Source: an uncultured Desulfosporosinus sp. (GTDB taxonomy: Bacteria; Bacillota; Desulfitobacteriia; Desulfitobacteriales; Desulfitobacteriaceae). Taken from it: a stretch of DNA of 64,000 nucleotides. The stretch lies in the NCBI GenBank assembly GCA_927405585.1, contig CAKMJS010000060.1:14883-78882 (forward strand), in the 5' to 3' direction. Below, piece after piece: positions 8,334 to 16,249 of the stretch; within the stretch, counting starts at the first letter, position 1, and the number at the start of each line of letters is the position of its first letter. The notes beneath the pieces were generated by a model. The model ran no database searches. It worked only from the letters and a program-made list of their open reading frames with translations, and was not told where the DNA came from. A program made the position numbers and the translations under genes.

Positions 8334-11300
8334 ATGCATATTAAAAGAAGAAAGAACTTTGTGTGGTCACTTGCCATCATCTTTTTGCTTACCCAGGCCT
8401 TCATAAGCCCAGTCTTTTCCCAATCTACAGCCCAAGCGTCGGAGACAGGCGCGAAGACAATGTCAGCTTCAGGGACAACCACAGACAGGCTTGCCGGAGC
8501 AGACAGGTATCAAACAGCTGTAGCCGTATCCCAGAAAGGCTGGGAGACCTCAGACTACGCAGTGCTAGCCAGAGGAGATCACTTCGCGGATGCCCTTTGT
8601 GCCGGACCGTTAGCCCAGAAATACGGTGGGCCAATCCTTCTGACAGCATCGAACCAACTAAATGCCGATACGCTCACAGAATTACAAAGACTAGGGGTCA
8701 AACACCTCTTCATCGCGGGTGGATTAGGTGCCGTATCCCAAAGTGTGGAAGACGCTTTGAAAACAGGCACATCAGCGACCATAGAACGGATCTATGGTGA
8801 TGATCGATATGAAACCTCGGTCAAAATCGCGCAAAAGATCGGAAACACCGGTAAAGTAGTCCTCGCCACAGGCAGTGACTTCCCCGATGCGCTTTCGATC
8901 TCGGGTATCGCAGCCAAGCTTGGGATGCCGATCTTATTGACAGCGAAAGACAGTTTATCTACTAGTATTAGCGACTATTTTCACAACAACACAGTCAGAC
9001 AGACCTATGTGGTCGGCGGGATAGGTGTAATCAGCGAAAACGTAGCTAACAGTGTACCAGGTCCAACCAGACTGGCAGGCATTGACAGATACGCTACTAA
9101 CGTAGCCATCCTGCAGAACTTTGCCAGCGAACTTAACTTTGATACCCTCTATGTTGCCATAGGCACAAACTTCGCAGATGCGCTAACGGGAGCAGTCTTA
9201 GCAGCCAAATCATCCTCTCCCTTGGTATTGACAGCGCAGACACTCCCCGCAGGGACAGCAAACCACCTGCAAACCAAACTGAAACTTTCTAGTAAAGTCT
9301 TAGGTCTGGGAGGCAGTAGTGTTGTTCCCTCTGCTGTTCTCACAGGTTTAGTGATTGCCAAAGAACAGATCCCTGTTGAAGAGAAATACAGCACAGCCGG
9401 AACCTATGGACCGGAAACAGGAAGCAAGACCATCCAGGGCAGTGTCATCATCAGTGCTCCTGATGTCACCCTGAAGAATACCATCATTGAAGGAGACCTT
9501 CTCTTAGGCGGAAGTATCGGAGACGGTAACGTCACTTTGAGAGATGTCACCGTCAAAGGGAAAACCATCATCAATGGCGGCGGACCCAACAGCATCATCA
9601 TGTACAACTTTAACGGTCAGTCCGTCGTCGTTGACGTACCGGATGGAGGGAATGTGCGGCTTGTCGCTCAAGGGACTACCAGTCTTGCCGGAGTCAGCAT
9701 GGAATCTGATGGAATACTTGAGGCTGTAGGCGCTAGCGGAAGCGGCTTTGTGGATGTAGTAATTCCTGCAGGTGTTCAGGTGACCTTCATTGGAGCATTC
9801 GCGCAGGTAAACGTTGAATCGAGCGGAGCAAGTATCAATCTACCCAGTGGGTCGAGCATTACCACACTGAATGCCAATGCAGCATCGAATATAACCGGTC
9901 AAGGTCAGATTACCACAGCTAATATTAATGCCGGTGGTGTGACTATAGAACGGACGCCTACGAACACGACCACGGTAGCCAGCGGTCTGACAGCGATGGT
10001 CGGTGGGGTAGTGGTGAGTGGGACGAATAATGCACCGCCAGGAGGCGGAGGAGGCGGTGGCGGACCCGTAGTGGTAACGGCTATTACCGTGACAGGAAAT
10101 GCCGTAGTTGGGGAGATATTAACTGCGACACCGACACCGGCTGGGGCGACGGGAACGTATCAGTGGACCATCTCCGATACCGCAGGTGGAACATATATAA
10201 ATATTGCAGGCGCTACTTCTAGCACGTATACACCAATCGCGGATAATGCAGGGAAGTTTGTTAAAGCAACAATAACAGGTACAGGCAGTTACACCGGAAC
10301 ACAAACAAGTACGGAGAAAGGGCCAATAATAGGAGCTACAATCAACATCGCAGCAATCCCAGGAGTAACAGCTCCAGTCAATGGAGCAATGCCGGTAACG
10401 ACAATCACAGCAACAGATCAATACACGGGAACGGTAGCTTGGTCACCAACACACGCAACATTTGCAGGCGGCACCGTGTATACAGCAACGATCACATTAA
10501 CAGCAAAAACAGGATACACCTTAACAGGTGTAGCTGAAAACTTCTTCACAGTAGCGGGAGCAACAACGAATACAAATTTTGCTAATTCAGGTGTTGTCAC
10601 AGCCGTGTTCCCTGCAACCGCAGCTACAGTAATCAACATTGCAGCAATCCCAGGAGTAACAGCGCCAGTCAATGGAGCAACGCCGGTAACGACAACCACA
10701 GCAACAGAATACACGGGAACGGTAGCTTGGTCACCAGCACACGCAACATTTGCAGTCAGCACCGTGTATACAGCAACGATCACATTAACAGCAAAAGCAG
10801 GATACACCTTAACGGGTGTAGCTGAAAACTTCTTCACAGTAGCGGGAGCAACAACGAATACAAATCCTGCTAATTCAGGCGTTGTCACAGCCGTGTTCCC
10901 GGCAACCGCACTAAACATTGGTGACACTTACGGTGGCGGCATAGTCGCTTATATCCTCCAATCTGACGACCCTGGGTATGATGCTAATGAACAGCATGGC
11001 CTAATTGCTACTACAGCAGACCAAAGCACAGGGATACAATGGGCTATACTAGATGAACAAATAGGAGGAACAAGTCCCGCATACGGTACTGGTTCAGCAA
11101 ACACAGACAAAATCATTGCACAGAATGGGGCAGGTACCGAATATGCAGCAGGGTTAGCACGTGCATACAACGGAGGTGGCAAGTCAGATTGGTACCTACC
11201 ATCCAAAGATGAACTTAGTAAAATTCTTGCAAGCAAAAATATTATCGGAGGGTTCTATGAAGGCCTTGATCAAGCACACTATTGGAATTCTACCGAGAAC

Positions 11301-11408
11301 GATTACCAAAGCGCGTACAGGCATACTGTCTGGGCCGCCAACTGGGGCCAATTTGACGTGGACGGTAAGTGGATATTAAACTACGTCAGGGCTGTTAGGA
11401 CTTTTTAA
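8334..11408 (+). CDS. CWB2 surface protein with beta-rich repeats and C-terminal DUF1566 (Lcl/CLec-like) domain
   Basis: Three CWB2 repeats (RLAGADRYQTA, RIYGDDRYETS, RLAGIDRYATN); Gly hinge; two 97-aa repeats; tail DWYLPSKDEL...YWNSTE...YVRAVRTF. Confidence 0.88.
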   Translation: MHIKRRKNFVWSLAIIFLLTQAFISPVFSQSTAQASETGAKTMSASGTTTDRLAGADRYQTAVAVSQKGWETSDYAVLARGDHFADALCAGPLAQKYGGPILLTASNQLNADTLTELQRLGVKHLFIAGGLGAVSQSVEDALKTGTSATIERIYGDDRYETSVKIAQKIGNTGKVVLATGSDFPDALSISGIAAKLGMPILLTAKDSLSTSISDYFHNNTVRQTYVVGGIGVISENVANSVPGPTRLAGIDRYATNVAILQNFASELNFDTLYVAIGTNFADALTGAVLAAKSSSPLVLTAQTLPAGTANHLQTKLKLSSKVLGLGGSSVVPSAVLTGLVIAKEQIPVEEKYSTAGTYGPETGSKTIQGSVIISAPDVTLKNTIIEGDLLLGGSIGDGNVTLRDVTVKGKTIINGGGPNSIIMYNFNGQSVVVDVPDGGNVRLVAQGTTSLAGVSMESDGILEAVGASGSGFVDVVIPAGVQVTFIGAFAQVNVESSGASINLPSGSSITTLNANAASNITGQGQITTANINAGGVTIERTPTNTTTVASGLTAMVGGVVVSGTNNAPPGGGGGGGGPVVVTAITVTGNAVVGEILTATPTPAGATGTYQWTISDTAGGTYINIAGATSSTYTPIADNAGKFVKATITGTGSYTGTQTSTEKGPIIGATINIAAIPGVTAPVNGAMPVTTITATDQYTGTVAWSPTHATFAGGTVYTATITLTAKTGYTLTGVAENFFTVAGATTNTNFANSGVVTAVFPATAATVINIAAIPGVTAPVNGATPVTTTTATEYTGTVAWSPAHATFAVSTVYTATITLTAKAGYTLTGVAENFFTVAGATTNTNPANSGVVTAVFPATALNIGDTYGGGIVAYILQSDDPGYDANEQHGLIATTADQSTGIQWAILDEQIGGTSPAYGTGSANTDKIIAQNGAGTEYAAGLARAYNGGGKSDWYLPSKDELSKILASKNIIGGFYEGLDQAHYWNSTENDYQSAYRHTVWAANWGQFDVDGKWILNYVRAVRTF
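10341..10910 (+). repeat. Intragenic tandem duplication, 291-bp period
   Basis: ATCAACAT.GCAGCAATCCCAGGAGTAACAGC at 10341 and 10632; units nearly identical, second lacks one codon. Confidence 0.9.
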
Positions 11409-11523
11409 CACAAAGTTAATCCAAGCTAAAGTCCCCCCCGGGGTCCCAACCATGTTCCTCCACGGGGTCGTACCCTCACACAATTTAGACACAATTCAGT
11501 AGGACCAGCAAACAGGTCTAATG

Positions 11524-11560
11524 GAGAGCCGATTCGCCTTAGGGCAGTCGGCTCTCTTTT
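11524..11560 (+). terminator. Intrinsic terminator
   Basis: GAGAGCCGA...TCGGCTCTC followed by TTTTT. Confidence 0.8.
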
Positions 11561-11766
11561 TAGTTTCCGTGGCTGAAAGTCTCTGCAAAACTTCGTCGTA
11601 CTGACTGCAAAAGTCTGCAGGAGGACTTAGGAAAGGCAAATAATCTGATGGTCAGAGCCCAAATAAAAGGTGCTGAGGGCGCTACGCCAAAGATAATTTT
11701 TATGGTAAGGTAAGGGGGAGATAAATTTGACATATCCCGCACTATCTCACAAGTCAAATTGAAAAA

Positions 11767-12012
11767 TTGTATATTCATGGATACAAAGCAGTATATGGTG
11801 GAGACGATATTCAGAGCATGAAGTTCTTTGAAATTCCTTTGGTCAGTAATGTGTCTGCCATAGAATCAGTTAAGTTAGGAGCAGACACCTTTGTAAAAAT
11901 TAGTAAGAATACGCTACCCGGCGCTCAAGGGATAGTAACTTCAAGAGTTAAATTTAGGGGCAATAAAGGGTCTGACCTCCTCATAATTCGACAAAGTTCG
12001 TCGAAGCTATAA
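11767..12012 (+). pseudogene. Short hypothetical ORF, possibly the tail of a decayed gene
   Basis: 81-aa ORF with weak TTG start and no clear RBS; coding-like interrupted frame upstream (11562-11800); stop overlaps the repeat at 12010. Confidence 0.3.
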
Positions 12013-12085
12013 CGAAAACTAGACCTCGGAGAGAGAAATCTCTTCAAGGTCTAGTTTTTGAATCTTGGGGGAAAGTTCGTTAAGC
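12010..12085. repeat. Palindromic intergenic repeat, copy 2
   Basis: TAACGAA-AACTAGACCT...AGGTCTAGTT-TTTGAATCTTGGGGGAAAG-TTCGTTA. Confidence 0.75.
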
Positions 12086-12120
12086 ACGTACTAAAACAAT
12101 GATAAAAGCATACCTGGAAA

Positions 12121-12190
12121 TTACATTCCATGACGAAAAACTACCGTTTCATGCAGTCGGCGATTTATTGCAAGTATTTCTTGCTATCAT
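12121..12190 (+). promoter_or_regulatory. Direct-repeat operator plus extended -10, copy 5
   Basis: CATTCCATG 12124-12132, CGTTTCATG 12145-12153; TG-C-TATCAT at 12182-12190. Confidence 0.8.
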
Positions 12191-12229
12191 ATAAATAAAG
12201 CCAGAATAAATTTATATTAAGGGGGATTT

Positions 12230-13177
12230 ATGACGAAAAAGATAATTAAACTAACGATGACTTTCGCCCTATTACTATTGGTCATAATTGTTGGCCTTGC
12301 TAGTTGTGGTGGAGAGACTAGTACCACTGCCGAAGCAGAGAGTTTGGTTGAGGTCACCACAGAACAAGGCATTGGCCTTAAACTTCCAAGCGTTTTGGCA
12401 AAGCAAGATAATGGCGCTTATGTAAACATGGAAACAGGTGATTCCGCAGCCTTTGGCGTAACAGAAATTGCTGGAGCCCCACTTTCGAGCGCGACAGAGA
12501 AAGATGTTTTAGCACTATATCAAAGTAAATATGATGATGTTGTAGTAACAAGCTTTGAAAATGGCAAGAAAATCAACGGTAAGGAAGCGGTTGTATCTCA
12601 GCAAAATTTAACTACTCCCAAAGGCAATGCGGTTACAATGACATTAGTTATGGTTACTGATGGCAAGAAGAATTATATTGTAACGTTTACTTATGGAAAA
12701 GATAAGACAGACGGTGCACTTTATAAAAATCTACAAGCTTGTATCGACAGCATAACGATTGCTAGTACTCCTAGCAGTACCTCTGTTAAAGACGATTTTT
12801 CAGAATATCTCTATACTAGTTTCGGTAAAGTTTTTGAACCTGAAAATAGTGATATCCTGAAAATTTATACAGAGGCAGCCTTAGCTAAGGATGGCAAAAT
12901 TTTAGCAAAAGCGTTATCAGAAACACTTCCAGTAAAGAATAATGCCTTGCTTGAAAAACTTAAAGCTTATACGCCAAAAACTACGGAAGTTCAAGAATTG
13001 CATAACACTCTTATTCAGGCTGTCGAAGTAAGAAGAGATGCTTATGCTCAAGTACATAAAGTTCTGACGCAACCTGCGACTGAATCAGAAGTAGATGCTG
13101 CCTTTGCTGTGTTAGATGAATCTGATGCCAAGTTTGAAGAATTTTTAACAAAGGCTGAGTCCATGAAGAAAGATTAA
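12230..13177 (+). CDS. Lipoprotein paralog C with extra C-terminal helical domain
   Basis: Lipobox GLASC; first ~180 aa align with paralog A (KQDNGAYVNMETGD, FENGKKINGKEA, LQACIDSITI); ~135-aa extension. Confidence 0.85.
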   Translation: MTKKIIKLTMTFALLLLVIIVGLASCGGETSTTAEAESLVEVTTEQGIGLKLPSVLAKQDNGAYVNMETGDSAAFGVTEIAGAPLSSATEKDVLALYQSKYDDVVVTSFENGKKINGKEAVVSQQNLTTPKGNAVTMTLVMVTDGKKNYIVTFTYGKDKTDGALYKNLQACIDSITIASTPSSTSVKDDFSEYLYTSFGKVFEPENSDILKIYTEAALAKDGKILAKALSETLPVKNNALLEKLKAYTPKTTEVQELHNTLIQAVEVRRDAYAQVHKVLTQPATESEVDAAFAVLDESDAKFEEFLTKAESMKKD

Positions 13178-13179
13178 AA

Positions 13180-13250
13180 TTACATTTCATTACCAAAAAG
13201 CAACATTTCATGTAGGAGTAGAATTTTAAATCAGTTTATAAGATTATAAT
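13180..13250 (+). promoter_or_regulatory. Direct-repeat operator plus -10 box, copy 6
   Basis: CATTTCATT 13183-13191, CATTTCATG 13204-13212; TATAAT 13245-13250; begins 3 bp after the upstream stop. Confidence 0.75.
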
Positions 13251-13360
13251 GATCTTATAGGAAAGAAGAAAGATCCAGAATTAGGAATATATTACGTTGC
13301 CTGTACTGAGAGGTAGATGCAACGTACATGTTAACTGATTGAGAAAGTAGGTTGAAATCT

Positions 13361-14551
13361 ATGAAAAAAATAATAGTCACGTTATTATTGCTTTCATTGC
13401 TTACTGTTGGATGCTCTGAGAATAGTAGTCTAAAGACCAATAATCAAGTCGTCGAACCCACACAAAACCAAATAAAAAATGAACAAGAAACTCAGAACCA
13501 AGGCACTAATAGTATTGAAAGCAAAGCAGATATTCAAAACGAAACCAAATCTAGAGTTGTAATTAAAACCTATTATGAAGAGCCGACTTCGTTAAAAGAT
13601 AAAAATACAATAATACTCAAAGGATTAAGCAAGGGCGAATTTATTGAAGTTGTTGTAGAAGGAGAGATAAAGGATTTTAAGCATGTGGAATTAAAATGGG
13701 ATGAGAAGCAAAATACATTAATAGAGAAAAGAATTATTAATAAGTTTGATACATTAATCAATAAAACGATTGTCATACAAACATATCTACCGGACGGCAT
13801 ACCATCAGAAAAAATTCAATGGCAGACGATCTCTGGAAAACCTTATGAATTTATTATTGCGGAAAATAATTTAGGAAAAGGCCAAAAGGAAGAGATTTTC
13901 ACGGAAGAACTACCAAGTGTTAGTGCGACCGCTTCAACAAGCGTTCAGAACTCTGCTGATGATAATAATCCACCTATTCCTACGAAGGGTAAGGATTTAA
14001 AGGGCTTTATTCCGGAGGGGTGGAAAATCAAGAGTTCTGTTGAAGGCGATTTGAACAAAGATTCTTTGCCCGATATTGCAGCTGTGATCGAGAAAGAAGA
14101 TGATACGGATAGTTCGTTTCCTCGAATACTTTTTGTGCTGGTTCAAGACAAGGATAAATCGTACACACTAACTGTTAAGACAGCTACGGCAATTATGAAA
14201 GCAAATGAAGGTGGAGTCTGGGGAGATCCTTTTGAAACCATTTCCGTTGATAGGGGATCAATTCTACTAAGATTTTATGGCGGAAGTAATTGGAGATGGT
14301 ATAAACACTATAGATTTAAATTTCAAGAGGATGGTTGGTACCTAATTGGAGCTACGCTTGGGTCATTTTTTACAGGGACAACTACAGAAGAAAACGCTGA
14401 TGAGGAAGACTATAACTTGCTCACTGGAGATTACGTAATTAAAAAAGCCGATGAAAAAGGCAATGTTAATACGACAAAAGACAATAGGGGAGTAAGGAAG
14501 CTTCTTAATCTAAAAGAATTTAAGGTGGATTCGGAAGAGAACCAGTTTTAA
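13361..14551 (+). CDS. Two-domain lipoprotein, unknown function
   Basis: Lipobox LTVGC; C-terminal domain GDLNKDSLPD...WGDPF...GGSNWRW; ATG 13361 preferred over TTG 13352. Confidence 0.8.
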   Translation: MKKIIVTLLLLSLLTVGCSENSSLKTNNQVVEPTQNQIKNEQETQNQGTNSIESKADIQNETKSRVVIKTYYEEPTSLKDKNTIILKGLSKGEFIEVVVEGEIKDFKHVELKWDEKQNTLIEKRIINKFDTLINKTIVIQTYLPDGIPSEKIQWQTISGKPYEFIIAENNLGKGQKEEIFTEELPSVSATASTSVQNSADDNNPPIPTKGKDLKGFIPEGWKIKSSVEGDLNKDSLPDIAAVIEKEDDTDSSFPRILFVLVQDKDKSYTLTVKTATAIMKANEGGVWGDPFETISVDRGSILLRFYGGSNWRWYKHYRFKFQEDGWYLIGATLGSFFTGTTTEENADEEDYNLLTGDYVIKKADEKGNVNTTKDNRGVRKLLNLKEFKVDSEENQF

Positions 14552-14563
14552 CCGGAGAAAACA

Positions 14564-15835
14564 CTATAAAATAATGCTAGCCTGAAAAACTCTGTCTTCG
14601 GCTGAGAAGGTATACACACCGGCGTATTTTTGTACTACCGCTGCAATGCTTTTCGTGCCAAGACCATGATTTTTATCTGTGCTTACCGGCATGTCGTCAA
14701 CAAAGATGATCGAGCCATCGAAGCTGTTGGTGATTTGTATGTAGAGCTTATTATTTTTGATATTGGAGACAATTTTTAAGGTTCTGTCATTTGCGCTGTT
14801 AATAACTATGCAAGCATTAATGGCATTTTCAATGGCATTGGAAAAAATAACGCAAAGATCCATATCGGATACGGCGTTATTCTCAGGGAGATTGATCTCA
14901 GTTTCAACAGTAATTTGTTCATTCTTGGCCTTCGCAATATAAGAAGAAAGCACCAAATTAACCGTATAGTTGCTGCAATATTTTTCAACCGCAGCACCCT
15001 CAATGGTTTTTTCTACCTCTGTAATATATTTTTGCGCCGCTTCCTGGTTGTTGTCTAATAGATAGGAATTGATCAGATTCAAGTGATGACGCATATCGTG
15101 GCGATGCAGCATTGTTTTTTCTTGTGATTCTTCCAATGCTTCAAAATGAATCTGTGCTGCGGCTACTTGAGTCATTAATAAATTCTGTTCGTTTTGCAGG
15201 GTGAGCTGTTCTCTGGTTTGTTTGAAAAATCGTAGAATCAAAATATAAGCAGAAAGAGTCAAAATAAAGATCAGCACAGTGTTCCTTAAAATATTTCCAA
15301 TGATCACATTGTCCAAATTATACATACTAGCAGAATAAAGTAGCACAGAGTATGAAATCGGGATCATGCAAAATTCTAGCCAGCCTTTATCGGAGTTGCG
15401 CATCATGTAAAGAAATGGCGGACGGATATACTTGAAAATAAGAAACCATGCGGGCAGATACAGGATATAACATACAATGATCACGATTTCCCTGCCGGAG
15501 CCGAGGAAATATGAAATAATAAGTCCTACCAAAGAGAACGACGTGGTAATAGCGACGAGTGTCCAATGAACAAAAAATACCTTGATCGGTTTGAACTTTG
15601 ATATAAACACAAATCCTAAAAATACCGGAAGGTGGACAAGAAGGGGATATAGTTTCATAAAAGTTGTATACCCGAAATTGAGCAAAACAAAACCATCACA
15701 AATTAGTACGACAGTTGCATAAAGCCCCAACAGATAGCGGTTCTTCTTGTGTTTAATTTCGCAATCTAAGAGCATATACATCACACTGATTGCGAAAATA
15801 AGGCTAAGAAGAGATCTTATATAATCCATTATCAA
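14564..15835 (-). CDS. AgrC/VirS-like membrane sensor histidine kinase (GHKL domain)
   Basis: About 6 TM helices, H-box HRHDMRHHL, IFSNAIENAINAC, HGLGTKSI; AGGAGGT RBS; no adjacent response regulator. Confidence 0.85.
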   Translation of the reverse strand: MIMDYIRSLLSLIFAISVMYMLLDCEIKHKKNRYLLGLYATVVLICDGFVLLNFGYTTFMKLYPLLVHLPVFLGFVFISKFKPIKVFFVHWTLVAITTSFSLVGLIISYFLGSGREIVIIVCYILYLPAWFLIFKYIRPPFLYMMRNSDKGWLEFCMIPISYSVLLYSASMYNLDNVIIGNILRNTVLIFILTLSAYILILRFFKQTREQLTLQNEQNLLMTQVAAAQIHFEALEESQEKTMLHRHDMRHHLNLINSYLLDNNQEAAQKYITEVEKTIEGAAVEKYCSNYTVNLVLSSYIAKAKNEQITVETEINLPENNAVSDMDLCVIFSNAIENAINACIVINSANDRTLKIVSNIKNNKLYIQITNSFDGSIIFVDDMPVSTDKNHGLGTKSIAAVVQKYAGVYTFSAEDRVFQASIIL

Positions 15836-16018
15836 GGGTTTTTACCTCCTAATTTACTTCCCATCTAAGTTCAATTGAGTATTTGAAGTCATTATACCAG
15901 ATTCATTATAAGAAAATAACAAAAAAATTACATTTTACAAGAAAAAGCGACATCTCATATTAAATATAGTTCATTAAGCCTTAAAAAAATACCATAAATT
16001 AACAATAAAATAGTTGTG

Positions 16019-16050
16019 AAATCCAGTTGTATAGTATAACTGGATTTTTT
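16019..16050 (+). terminator. Orphan terminator-like hairpin
   Basis: AAATCCAGTT-N9-AACTGGATTT plus TTT, with no gene ending here. Confidence 0.55.
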
Positions 16051-16091
16051 GATTGAAGCGATTCTAGAACTATAAGCTAAAGTCTCAAAAA

Positions 16092-16144
16092 TGGTATAAT
16101 ATAGGAAAAAAAGCACGTGTCATCTCGTAATATAATGAGTGACA
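16092..16144 (+). promoter_or_regulatory. Extended -10 promoter and downstream inverted repeat
   Basis: TG-G-TATAAT 16092-16100; TGTCA(T)CTC-N10-GAGTGACA 16118-16144. Confidence 0.45.
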
Positions 16145-16249
16145 TTGCCAGTTTAAATTATTTTCTTGGGGGGAGGTTAATATAAATGCTATTAAAAAGG
16201 GAGTGTAGTTAGCTGTGAAAAAGCAGGTAAGGAGGGATATACAGGTATT

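Noticed and set aside
8363-8800. Alternative-frame ORF in the CWB2 gene, and other overlapping short ORFs in the track
   Set aside because: They lie wholly within well-supported genes and have non-protein-like composition.
10418-10927. Long antisense ORFs (10418-10927, 10119-10421, 10949-11236)
   Set aside because: Shadows of the Thr/Ala/Val-rich repeat gene on the plus strand; no RBS or recognisable domain.
8334-11560. A complete DGR locus in this window
   Set aside because: No reverse transcriptase, Avd-like gene or template repeat was found; kept only as a remote-target hypothesis.
229-13250. The 34-bp boxes as a CRISPR array or iterons
   Set aside because: Copies are kilobases apart, each at a near-fixed distance from a -10 box; there are no regular spacers and no cas or rep genes.
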